Positions 44,785-54,170 of a stretch of DNA of 64,000 nucleotides are shown here, in pieces. Under the pieces are notes generated by a model. The model had not been told where the DNA came from. It ran no database searches and saw only the letters and a list, made by a program, of their open reading frames with translations. Each line of letters begins with the position of its first letter. The stretch's first letter is position 1. The stretch comes from an uncultured cyanobacterium (GTDB taxonomy: Bacteria > Cyanobacteriota > Cyanobacteriia > Cyanobacteriales > Nostocaceae), in the NCBI GenBank assembly GCA_963740315.1, contig CAVUDP010000002.1:1088001-1152000 (forward strand), read 5' to 3'. A program made the translations under genes and the position numbers.

Positions 44785-46527
44785 ATGGCATCTACTATCC
44801 AAGCTCTACCCTCAGAAGTCGTACACTTGATTACAGCCGGAGAGGTAATTGATTCTTTTGCTTCGGTGGTACGGGAATTAATCGAAAATTCCTTGGATGC
44901 AGGTGCGACAAAGATTGTAGTTTCTTTGTGTCCCCAACAGTGGCGGGTACGTGTCGCGGATAACGGTTGTGGAATGAGTGTATCCGACTTGCAGCAAGCC
45001 GCAACCGCCCACAGTACTAGTAAAATACGCTCCTGTGGAGATTTATGGAAAATTAATAGTTTGGGCTTTCGCGGTGAAGCATTACACAGCTTAACAACCC
45101 TAGCCGATTTAGAAATTATCAGCCGCTCAGATCAACCCGAAGGAAAAAGAGGGTGCAGCGGTTGGCGGATTGTATATGGCGATCGCGGGGAAGCTTTACT
45201 AATGGAAGCAGCAGCGATCGCACCGGGTACGGTAGCGGTAATTTCTAATTTATTTGGTAATTGTAATAGTCGTCGTCAGGGTTTACCTTCTATAGCTCAA
45301 CAAATGAAGGCAGTGCAAGCGGTAATTCAACAAACTGCTTTGTGTCATCCTCACGTTACCTGGCAAGTTTGGCAAAATGAACGCGAATGGTTTGTCATTT
45401 ATCCTACCGCTAACATCAAGGAAACTCTGTCTCAGTTCATCCGTAGAGTGCATCCATCAGACTTACAAGAATTAATTGTTGAATTAAATAATTCTGATTC
45501 CTCACTTGAGGGCGTTATCGGATTACCCGATAGATGCCATCGCCATCGTCCAGATTGGGTACGCATAGCAGTAAACGGACGTATGGTGAAATGCTCCGAA
45601 ATCGAACAAACCATCCTGGCAGCATTTCACAAAACATTACCGCGCGATCGCTATCCGGTATGTTTTCTACATTTATCTGTTTCTCCGAATCAAATTAACT
45701 GGAATCGCAACCCCGCCAAAACAGAAATATATCTCAATCAACTTGATTATTGGCGAGAACAAATTGCTCAATCGATTGATAAAGCATTCAGCATCAATTG
45801 TTCCACCATTAAGGAATCTTCCCAGGTAGCGCGAGTAGGTGAATTAATCAAAGCCGCAGAAGCAAAAAGCGGTTATAACTTCAATCGGAGAAATCTTGAA
45901 GAAAAGAACCTTGAAGAAAATGAAAATTTAAATAAAACATCTTTTAAATCCCAAACTTTAACGCAAAATTCCCCTCTCTCCACAGCACTTTATTTAAAAG
46001 CAGTTGCTCAAATCAATAAAACCTACATAGTCGCCGAGCATCCTGGGGGAATGTGGTTAGTAGAACAACACATAGCTCACGAAAGAATTTTATACGAACA
46101 AATTTGCGAACATTGGAAATTAGTACAATGCGAACCACCAATCATTCTTTATCAACTATCATCCGAGCAAATAGAACAGCTACAGCGAATTAACTTAGAA
46201 ATAGAACCATTCGGCGAACAACTTTGGGCAATTCGTCAAGTACCCGCACTCTTACACCAGCGCGAAGATTGCGCCGAAGCAATATTAGAACTCAGTAAAG
46301 GAGGCGACTTAAACACAGCCCAAGTCGCCGTCGCTTGTCGCAGCGCCATTCGCAACGGTACAACCTTGAGCCTGCCACAAATGCAGCAAATATTAGATGA
46401 ATGGCAGCGCACCCGCAACCCCCGCACCTGTCCCCACGGAAGACCAATTTATTTATCATTAGAAGAATCAGCCTTAGCTCGTTTCTTTCGTCGTAATTGG
46501 GTAATTGGGAAATCGCATGGCATCTAA
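44785..46527 (+). CDS. mutL: DNA mismatch repair endonuclease MutL
   Basis: AGEVI, ELIENSLDAGA, DNGCG, LGFRGEAL, EQHIAHER, ACRSAI and CPHGRP. Confidence 0.97.
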   Translation: MASTIQALPSEVVHLITAGEVIDSFASVVRELIENSLDAGATKIVVSLCPQQWRVRVADNGCGMSVSDLQQAATAHSTSKIRSCGDLWKINSLGFRGEALHSLTTLADLEIISRSDQPEGKRGCSGWRIVYGDRGEALLMEAAAIAPGTVAVISNLFGNCNSRRQGLPSIAQQMKAVQAVIQQTALCHPHVTWQVWQNEREWFVIYPTANIKETLSQFIRRVHPSDLQELIVELNNSDSSLEGVIGLPDRCHRHRPDWVRIAVNGRMVKCSEIEQTILAAFHKTLPRDRYPVCFLHLSVSPNQINWNRNPAKTEIYLNQLDYWREQIAQSIDKAFSINCSTIKESSQVARVGELIKAAEAKSGYNFNRRNLEEKNLEENENLNKTSFKSQTLTQNSPLSTALYLKAVAQINKTYIVAEHPGGMWLVEQHIAHERILYEQICEHWKLVQCEPPIILYQLSSEQIEQLQRINLEIEPFGEQLWAIRQVPALLHQREDCAEAILELSKGGDLNTAQVAVACRSAIRNGTTLSLPQMQQILDEWQRTRNPRTCPHGRPIYLSLEESALARFFRRNWVIGKSHGI

Positions 46528-46528
46528 A

Positions 46529-46885
46529 CAGTGAGCAGTGAGCAGTGAGCAGTGAGCAGTGAGCAGTTAAGAGTTAAGAGTTAAGAGTTAAGAGTTAAGA
46601 GTTAAGAGTTAAGAGTTAAGAGTTTAAGAATTTTGGATTTTAGATTTTAGATTTTGGATTAGGATTTATAAGTTAGGAATTAAGAGTTAGGAATTAAGAG
46701 ATAGGAGTTAGAAGTGAGGAGTTAGAAGTGAGGAGTTAGAAGTGAGGAGTTAGAAGTGAGGAGTTAATAGTTGAATTTCCCCTTGTCTCCCCATCTCCCC
46801 ATCTCCCCATCTCCCCCTCTCCCCATCTCCCCATCTCCCCATCTCCCCATCTCCCCCCTCTACCCCCTCTACCCCCTCTCCCCAT
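46529..46885. repeat. Compound STRR cluster (CAGTGAG, GTTAAGA, TTTAGAT, GGAGTTAGAAGTGA, CCCCATCTC)
   Basis: Tandem repeats fill the mutL-cinA spacer. Confidence 0.95.
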
Positions 46886-46894
46886 CCAAATTCT

Positions 46895-48145
46895 ATGAGT
46901 GCAGAAATTATTTGTGTCGGTACGGAAATGTTGCTGGGAGATATTCTCAATAGCAACGCTCAATATTTAGCTCAACAGTTAGCCGGGTTGGGTATTCCTC
47001 ATTTCTATCAAACGGTTGTTGGAGATAATAGCGATCGCATTAAACAAGTTATTGAAATTGCTAGCAAAAGAGCGCAAATACTCATTTTTACTGGCGGTTT
47101 AGGCCCCACTCCCGATGATTTGACTTGCGAAACCATTGCCGATTTTTTTGGTTCTCCCTTAATCGAGCGTGCGGAAATCATCGATGATATTACTAAAAAA
47201 TACGCTACTAGAAATAGAGTCATGAGCGCGAGCAATCGCAAACAAGCTTTAATACCCCAAGGTGCAGAAATTTTACCCAATCCTACGGGTACGGCTCCGG
47301 GGATCGTTTGGCAACCCCGCCCTAATTTGACGATTTTTACCTTCCCCGGCGTACCTTCAGAAATGCATAGGATGTGGGAGCAAACCGCCGTTCCTTACTT
47401 GAAAAGTCAAGGTTGGGGCAAACAAATCATTTACAGTCGAATGTTGCGCTTTTGGAACGTTCCCGAATCTGCTTTAGCGGAGAAAGTATCTGCTTATCTC
47501 AATTTACCCAATCCGACGGTAGCCCCTTATGCGAGTAAAGGGCAGGTAAAATTAAGAGTTTCTGCGAAAGCTAGTAGTGAAGCAGAAGCGGAAAGTTTGA
47601 TTGTACCTGTGGAAAAGCAAATTAAAGAAATTGCTGGTTTAGATTATTTTGGTGCCGATGATGACACTCTTGCTTCCGTAGTTGGTGATTTATTACGGAA
47701 ATCGGGAGAAACGCTTTCGGTGGCGGAATCTTGCACTGGTGGAACTTTAGGAGGAATGTTAACGGATACTTCGGGCAGTTCCGATTACTTTTGGGGCGGT
47801 GTAATTTCTTATGATAACTCAGTGAAAATTGGGATGCTGGGAGTTAGCGCGGAAGATTTGGAAAAGCATGGTGCGGTAAGTGCGATCGTAGCCGAACAAA
47901 TGGCTGTAGGGGTTAAAAAGCAGCTGGCTACAACTTGGGGATTGAGTATTACAGGGATTGCGGGGCCTGGTGGGGGTACGGAAACTAAGCCAGTGGGTTT
48001 GGTTTATGTTGGTTTAGCGGGAGAAAATGAAGTAGAAAGTTTTGAATTTAAGTTTAATCCGGTGCGCGGTAGAAGTTTAATTCGTCACTTCAGCGCTTGT
48101 AATGCTTTGGATAGTTTGCGAAGGAAGTTGTTACGACGGGGGTGA
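46895..48145 (+). CDS. cinA: Competence/damage-inducible protein CinA (with PncC domain)
   Basis: VGTE.LLG, TGGLGPTPDDLT, AESCTGG and ITGIAGPGGG. Confidence 0.96.
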   Translation: MSAEIICVGTEMLLGDILNSNAQYLAQQLAGLGIPHFYQTVVGDNSDRIKQVIEIASKRAQILIFTGGLGPTPDDLTCETIADFFGSPLIERAEIIDDITKKYATRNRVMSASNRKQALIPQGAEILPNPTGTAPGIVWQPRPNLTIFTFPGVPSEMHRMWEQTAVPYLKSQGWGKQIIYSRMLRFWNVPESALAEKVSAYLNLPNPTVAPYASKGQVKLRVSAKASSEAEAESLIVPVEKQIKEIAGLDYFGADDDTLASVVGDLLRKSGETLSVAESCTGGTLGGMLTDTSGSSDYFWGGVISYDNSVKIGMLGVSAEDLEKHGAVSAIVAEQMAVGVKKQLATTWGLSITGIAGPGGGTETKPVGLVYVGLAGENEVESFEFKFNPVRGRSLIRHFSACNALDSLRRKLLRRG

Positions 48146-48512
48146 TATGGGGATCGGAATAATATATTTTTAACGCAGAGGGGCGCAAAGGTAAGCGCGA
48201 AGGAACGCAGAGTATTTGTAGGTTGGGTTAGACACGAAAATCAATTTGATTTGTAATAAGCAACTAAATTAATCGTGTCGTAACCCAACATTGCAACTAG
48301 TAGTCTTCATATCCGCTGAGGGTTGCAAACCCCCAGCTAATAACAAAAGTCCATTAAAATGGACTAGAATTATAATATTTAACTATGAATAAATGAAGAT
48401 AAGCTAAAAAGCAACTAAATTATATATTCTGGCGGGCAGGGATGCCCACCCCACAAGAATCACAATAATTTTAAATATATGATTTAAATGCTCAACAACT
48501 TATTAGCAATAT

Positions 48513-49133
48513 TCATCTTCGCGAAATATCTACCCACTGAATATTATTTTGCTGTTGTGATGTTGCGATATCTCGCCATTCAATTTGTGTAGAAGGTTGT
48601 ATCTGAGTTATATTTTCCTGCTGTTGAGTTGTTAATTCCGTTTCATCAAGATTTTCTCTACAGCTAGCTTGATTTAATAAGATTTCGGGTTGTAACCAAG
48701 ATTGTGCGATCGCTAAATATTCTTCTACAATAATGACTTCAATATTCAAAGCGTTACATTTACGAATAATTTCAGCGGAAGAGGTGAGAAAAACTATTTT
48801 AGCTTCAAGATTTTCAGATAGTTTAATTAAACTGTATAAATAGCAATCTAGTAAACTATTGGTATCAATATTTGTTTGGTGAATCTTTTCGTCAATAAAA
48901 TAAACTGTTCCACCACCAACTGTTTTAAATATCAAAATCTCAGACTCATCATATTCTATTAACGAATTGATGATGAGATTTGCATTATCAGTAGCAGATT
49001 GAAAGTTACCTAAGCTGAGATGTTGTAGTTGAGTATAAAAGTATTTTGGTAAGATAATATCTTTTGTAAAATCATTAATGTATTGGGGATTGATAAGACA
49101 TAAATCTGGTTCGAGAGCGTATAAAAATTTCAT
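48513..49133 (-). CDS. Hypothetical protein, degenerate PIN-like fold with C-terminal IxWxD repeats
   Basis: Pattern 'YALEPDL..IILP....TQL...LLD..L...IVFLTSS..II.KC.ALNIEVI' follows PIN topology with the acidic residues mostly lost; start overlaps the upstream stop. Confidence 0.5.
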   Translation of the reverse strand: MKFLYALEPDLCLINPQYINDFTKDIILPKYFYTQLQHLSLGNFQSATDNANLIINSLIEYDESEILIFKTVGGGTVYFIDEKIHQTNIDTNSLLDCYLYSLIKLSENLEAKIVFLTSSAEIIRKCNALNIEVIIVEEYLAIAQSWLQPEILLNQASCRENLDETELTTQQQENITQIQPSTQIEWRDIATSQQQNNIQWVDISRR

Positions 49134-49882
49134 TAATTTACTTCTGTTATTTGCGAAGGTGTATTTATAACTATTACTGGTCTATATCTTTTGTTAAGAC
49201 TTATCTTTCCGGCAATAATTACATTTTTATCAGTTAAGGAAAAGGTATTATAAAACAGAGAAAAACTTTTGCTAGGTACATAAGCATAAAGTGTTTTGTT
49301 ATTATTTTTGCTAAATTGAAAGTTAATTAATTTATATTCTGTATCTATATTAACGCTGACAATTTGTCCTTTTAAATAAACAGTTTGACCAATATTTTTA
49401 TGAATAGCAATTAAATCTGCAATTTTAATACATTTTTTGGGAAGATTAAGACTAATAGCTTGAGCAAAATCTTTAATAGCAGCTTGATTCTCGCCTAATT
49501 TATAGTAAATAGTTCCCCGATGATAATAAGCTTCAGCAAAATTGCTATTAAGTCGCAATGCTTCACTAAAATATTTAATTGCTTCACCGTAATTTTGATT
49601 GTTAGCTTTTTCTAATCCCGAACGTAATAAGTTGTCAGCATTAATAAAAGAATTGTTATTCGTATTTGGTGAAATATCTCTAAAAGTTATACAAAGTGGA
49701 AGAGTATATAAATTTTGAATTGAAGAATTGCATTGTTCGCATTTTTTATTCAGAAATTCCCAACTATCTTTATGGTATCCGAGTTGGCAAGGTTCACATA
49801 TATATACTTTCTCCCCTGGTTGAAGAATTTCACCACTTACACGGTCTTTTTGTCCAATTAAATTAGTTAGCAGTTCATCCAT
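49133..49882 (-). CDS. Degenerate RING-like Zn finger + TPR + OB-fold protein
   Basis: DRVSG..CEPC...YHKDSW....CEQC; TPR 'AIKYFSEALRLNSNFAEAYYHRG'; C-terminal 'IGQTVYLKGQI...GKI...RPVIVINTPSQI'. Confidence 0.65.
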   Translation of the reverse strand: MDELLTNLIGQKDRVSGEILQPGEKVYICEPCQLGYHKDSWEFLNKKCEQCNSSIQNLYTLPLCITFRDISPNTNNNSFINADNLLRSGLEKANNQNYGEAIKYFSEALRLNSNFAEAYYHRGTIYYKLGENQAAIKDFAQAISLNLPKKCIKIADLIAIHKNIGQTVYLKGQIVSVNIDTEYKLINFQFSKNNNKTLYAYVPSKSFSLFYNTFSLTDKNVIIAGKISLNKRYRPVIVINTPSQITEVN

Positions 49883-50035
49883 ATTAACGTTTTGATTTGT
49901 AAGACTGAAAAAATATTAAATTTATTGAAATAAGCAAAAAATTTTCATCAGTCATCTTCAGATGACTTTAGCTATTAGCCAGGGATTTACAATCCCTGGC
50001 GATTATTGCGCTTAAACCTATTAGCTAAGAAAATA

Positions 50036-50692
50036 TTATTTCGCTAACAATATTGACTCAGATTTAACTGCTTGAACACGCTTTGCTTCCTCACCCAAAA
50101 AGCAACCAATCTGTTTCCTAACGGGATCGTAAACAATAGAAACACACCAAGGATGATAGAAAAATGCTCGCTGGGTTCTCATATCTGTTCCCGACATAAA
50201 AACGCCAATGTTGGGATGAGAATGATACCAACCAACTATATTTGCTTCTGGATGAGTCGATTTAGCATAGTCCATAATTCCTTGCCAAGAATCTGAAGTA
50301 AATTCTAAATGCGCTCCGGTTCCAATTGTTGCTGGTGCTGGTACTGCTGCGGTAATTTCTACATATATTCCATGTTCGGAATCGTTGTAGGCTTGACCAA
50401 AAAGAATACCTCCTTGCTCAACACTTGTGTTTGCTTCTAAATGATTTGTAAGCGCTGTAAATGCTGAGTGCAAAATATAAATCTGAGCATATGTAAAATA
50501 TACTTTTCTTTCAGCGAGAAATTTATTAATTGGTTTTTCTGTAGGTTTATAAACATCTTCACATTCAACCCATTCAATTTGATTGAGTTGAGCTAACATT
50601 GGTTCATCTTGATTCATCGGCTTACGCTTCATAAACCGTGAAAGAATTATTGCTAACATCCGTTTTAATTTATTAAAAATCATTCCAAACAA
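50036..50692 (-). CDS. JAB/MPN+ (Mov34) metallopeptidase
   Basis: EQGGILFG and VGWYHSHPNIGVFMSGTD (E...HxHx7Sx2D); VYDPV. Confidence 0.92.
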   Translation of the reverse strand: MFGMIFNKLKRMLAIILSRFMKRKPMNQDEPMLAQLNQIEWVECEDVYKPTEKPINKFLAERKVYFTYAQIYILHSAFTALTNHLEANTSVEQGGILFGQAYNDSEHGIYVEITAAVPAPATIGTGAHLEFTSDSWQGIMDYAKSTHPEANIVGWYHSHPNIGVFMSGTDMRTQRAFFYHPWCVSIVYDPVRKQIGCFLGEEAKRVQAVKSESILLAK

Positions 50693-51182
50693 TTGTTGAT
50701 GTTGGTTTTTTACTAACTTTGAAAGTTTCAGTATCTACGGGAAAACGTTGCATATTATTTTCAGCCCAATCCTTAGCTTCATGATTTGCTGGACTTTTCA
50801 AATTTAGAACATCTTTGGAATACTGAATTATTTTGCCAATACGGATTACTAATTCAGAAAGATTCTCTGCCATTGTCCAGTAGCTACCAAGACAAACATT
50901 TTTATTTTCAAAAACATTCGGATGAAATATTTCTGTAATAAACTTAGCGCTTGGTTTTTCTCTAGGGTAATTATTGCCTAAAATAATTTCTACGCTGTGA
51001 GTTTTACGAAAAACAGGTTGATTATTTCGTAAACTTTCTATTCCCTTACAGCGATATTCAATTTTGTAAACTTCAACTGGTTTTCCTTGAGTTGAAGCAA
51101 TGGCTAAAGTACCCCCAGAATTACGAACAAGTTGAGATAATTCCTTAAAATCATTTTCTAAACGCTTTTCTCGAATACCCAT
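50673..51182 (-). CDS. Ubiquitin-conjugating enzyme E2-like protein
   Basis: KRL.ND, YPREKP..KF.TEIFHPNV......VCLG with the catalytic Cys intact; SPANHEA. Confidence 0.92.
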   Translation of the reverse strand: MGIREKRLENDFKELSQLVRNSGGTLAIASTQGKPVEVYKIEYRCKGIESLRNNQPVFRKTHSVEIILGNNYPREKPSAKFITEIFHPNVFENKNVCLGSYWTMAENLSELVIRIGKIIQYSKDVLNLKSPANHEAKDWAENNMQRFPVDTETFKVSKKPTSTIVWNDF

Positions 51183-51184
51183 AA

Positions 51185-51442
51185 TTAACAACCTGCCTCT
51201 AAAATTGGGTAAACTTCTAAAACATCATTGTCTTGAACTCCTGCTGAAGCAAGGTTTATTGCAGGATCTAACTGTTGCCCTGTACGCTCAACACGCATCG
51301 CGTAACTTGTATTTGCTGGTAAATTCCAATTTTGTTGGGTGGTTTGAAGTAGTTGCTCTACGCTGAGTACAGCAGGTAGGGAAACAGCAGCTTTACGAGT
51401 TTGATCTGCCGAACGAATAATTAAAGAAAGTGAATCTGACAT
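51185..51442 (-). CDS. Ubiquitin-like beta-grasp protein (85 aa; EsaB/YukD-like), C-terminus ...LEAGC
   Basis: GGAG RBS before ATG 51442; 'LDP..NLASAGVQDNDVLEV' Ubl pattern; sits between E1 and E2. Confidence 0.8.
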   Translation of the reverse strand: MSDSLSLIIRSADQTRKAAVSLPAVLSVEQLLQTTQQNWNLPANTSYAMRVERTGQQLDPAINLASAGVQDNDVLEVYPILEAGC

Positions 51443-51450
51443 TGTTGCTC

Positions 51451-52259
51451 CTATATTTGGCAAAATTGAATTGCTATTGTTTCTTTCGCGGTTTTGCAGT
51501 GTAGTATTTCGTTCTTGGGTAGACATAATTCTCCAAGGGTAATTGCTCCACAATCCTTGAGTGAAAGATTGCTGATGACTTCAAAATCTCTTTCGTGACT
51601 GCATTTAGGACAAATTAGCTTTGATTCTGGAAACAGACGCAAAGGTGTATTAACTTGCTCTTGATAACCGCAATCTGGATTAAGACATCGCATCGTTTTA
51701 ATAACTTCGTTTCGCAACCGTAAAATTGGTTGATAAAATCCACAGTTATCTAGATGCTTGAGAATTTCTTGAATGCTCAAATTTGCATCATGTTTGACAC
51801 ATATTTTTGGTTCGATATTCATATCATGAGCAATACAATCCTCTTGTCTTTGAATTTGCACTTTGAAAGCCATCCAAGGATTTAAACCCAAAAAAACTTT
51901 TTCTCCGGGATTTACCAAACCCGGTTTATCGTGCAAATATAAAAGAGCTTGCTGCACCTGCATTGCTCCAACCATCGAAGCAATTGTTGCCGTTGTGGGC
52001 ATTGCAGCTTCTGGTATATTTCGCTTCATCCCCTGGCAGGAATATCGTCGATCGCGCCGTTGCCACATCTGCTTAGAAATGCTGCACTCGTAACAAGCGG
52101 TAGATTTATTCGGATCGAAAAAGCAAAATCCCCTTCAGCTACACCAATACCGCCATTTATCTAAGGAATTCCGGCGCGATAAGCAAGCTGATTAATAGCC
52201 CAACGAGCATTAACGCTATCAAGACAACCGATAATCAAATCGCGATCGCGAATATCTCC
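51451..52259 (-). pseudogene. ThiF/MoeB-like E1 enzyme; 5'-truncated, with a TAG and a frameshift
   Basis: DLIIGCLDSVNARWAINQLAYRAGIP*INGGIG (TAG 52161-52163), then a frameshift near 52117-52132 into FFDP...ACYECS...RRYSC...PTTATIAS; no GxGxxG N-terminus upstream. Confidence 0.85.
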
Positions 52260-53230
52260 TTTTTAATTATGACTTGTACAAAAATATACTTTTAATTAAT
52301 CTTAAAGCGTTAGTAGCGATCGCAACTGAATAAACCTAAATAAATAGCGTATAGCACTTTAAATGTATTTTTTATTCTCTTTATTGAGTAGAAACAATTT
52401 GAATCAAAAATACTTAAATTCCAAAATTAATTTAAAATGCTGACACATAAGGTATTTATTAATGCCAAGCAATATTTTTTGAATCGCAAATTGCTTGTAG
52501 AAAATAAACCGACAGATTTCAATATTTTTTGTAATAGCGTCAATTTTAAACCTGTTACCAAACAAATCGCGAGAATAGCAAAAAGTAAAATAGATTTAAA
52601 TCGGTACAGATGAAAGCTATACTAACTAAGTAGGCTGCCATCAAAGCTGACTTATATAAGCAAATTATGAGGAAATATATAAGATAAATAAAACTAAATT
52701 GGGAATACATCATGCTGTTACTAAGAAGTAGCAATAAAATGATTTTAATAGCAAATCCAAAGTTATAAAAATAGTCACTAATTTTATATACAATAATTAT
52801 GGAAATAGATTGATTTAGATGTATCAAACTTATTTTTTATACATCACATCTATCTAAAGTGATAATAAAAATCGCTTTAAGGATAGATATTCTCAGTACT
52901 CAATAATGCAACTAAGGGGAAACTTTTAGCGAATTTATCTTTAACCCCCTCCTTGGAAACAAAAGTTTACAAAGTCTGAGGACTTACTCTCGTTTTTTCT
53001 GAATATAAATTTGTAAGCTGGTAATAACATTTGTTATTTTTATAATAATTTTTTGTTATAAGTAAAATAACCTCTAAACCAGCCACAGCAAGGTTTTTGA
53101 CAAGAAATCCATTAACTGTTATTAATCATTTTGTGTTTCATTATCAGCATATTTAATCTCTAGGAGGTTGCTGAGTAGTTCACAATTTGTTACAAAAATA
53201 CAAAGAACTTCTAGTAACCTGTAGTAAAAA

Positions 53231-54022
53231 ATGTTTGGCGGACTTACTGGTTTTAAAGATTCTCAAGGCAGCGACTGGGGCGAGCAGATGCTCAATACTG
53301 TCGCGAGTCAAACGATTCGCCACTTGTTTTCCAAAAGCGAGTCGGTAGAAGTCTTTGTGCGCTGCTACCCCTCCAGCAAGCTTTTACAGGGCAGTATTGA
53401 CAGCTTCAAAATGGGCGGGCGCGGCTTGGTAATTCGCAAAGATTTCTTTGTTGAGGAAATGTCGTTTGAAACCGATGCCGTGTCTATCGACTTCAGTTCG
53501 GTACTAAGCGGTAAATTGCGTTTGAAGCAAGCCACTCAAGCGATCGCTCAAGTCGTGTTAACGCAAGATGGTATTAACCAGGCTTTTACAGCGGAATTAG
53601 TCAAAAAACGTCTGATAAATCTTTCAGAACCAACCTTAACGGCATTCTCTGACGGCAAACCTGTTTCTTTTACCGATGTTCAGGTGGAATTGTTGCCAGA
53701 TAATCGGTTAAAGATTTTCGCCAAAGCTGACTTAAACAACGGCGAATTAGTACCGTTGAATATGACTGTAAAAGTAGGTATTGAACGGCGACGCAAAGTT
53801 TCCTTCAAAAATCCACAAATCGATCTGGAGTCGGTACCAGAAGAGCAAAGAGAAATTTCACAAACTTTGTGTACTGCATTGGCAGAAATTTTAGATAATA
53901 TGGTCGATTTAGACCGTTTTGACCTAGATGGAGTAAAAATGCGGCTTAATCGTTTAGAAACCGAAGGTCAAAAGTTAATTTTTAGCGGATATGCCGAAAT
54001 TGAGCGCATACCACGTACATAA
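53231..54022 (+). CDS. DUF2993 (LmeA-like) protein
   Basis: 'SSKLLQGSIDSFKM.GRGL' and 'LDRFDLDG' conserved cyanobacterial pattern. Confidence 0.75.
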   Translation: MFGGLTGFKDSQGSDWGEQMLNTVASQTIRHLFSKSESVEVFVRCYPSSKLLQGSIDSFKMGGRGLVIRKDFFVEEMSFETDAVSIDFSSVLSGKLRLKQATQAIAQVVLTQDGINQAFTAELVKKRLINLSEPTLTAFSDGKPVSFTDVQVELLPDNRLKIFAKADLNNGELVPLNMTVKVGIERRRKVSFKNPQIDLESVPEEQREISQTLCTALAEILDNMVDLDRFDLDGVKMRLNRLETEGQKLIFSGYAEIERIPRT

Positions 54023-54170
54023 ATTAGGATTCGCGAACAGTTATCAACCCAAATTTGATAATTGTTCCCACGGTAATTCTTTTAGGAAAGCGTTTATAAA
54101 ATGTCACCGGAGTTAATACCCCCTTGTAGTCAACCAGTCTTCTGGAAGATTGCAGGGGGGTAATTATGTT

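Noticed and set aside
46736..46963. Overlapping short ORFs with GRWGDGE / PHLPISP repeats (likewise 34573-34824, 54024-54302, 29601-29795, 9745-9948)
   Set aside because: Artefacts of G-rich 9-mer tandem repeats.
51185..52259. ThiF/ThiS or MoeB/MoaD sulfur-transfer pair
   Set aside because: The adjacent E2 with a catalytic Cys, the JAB and RING-like genes, and the absence of thiamine or molybdopterin genes point to protein conjugation; the Ubl ends AGC rather than GG.
52555..52827. 90-aa hydrophobic ORF upstream of the E1 remnant as the missing E1 N-terminus or a membrane effector
   Set aside because: Ile/Tyr/Phe-rich composition expected from AT-rich DNA, with no GxGxxG or other motif; cannot be supported.
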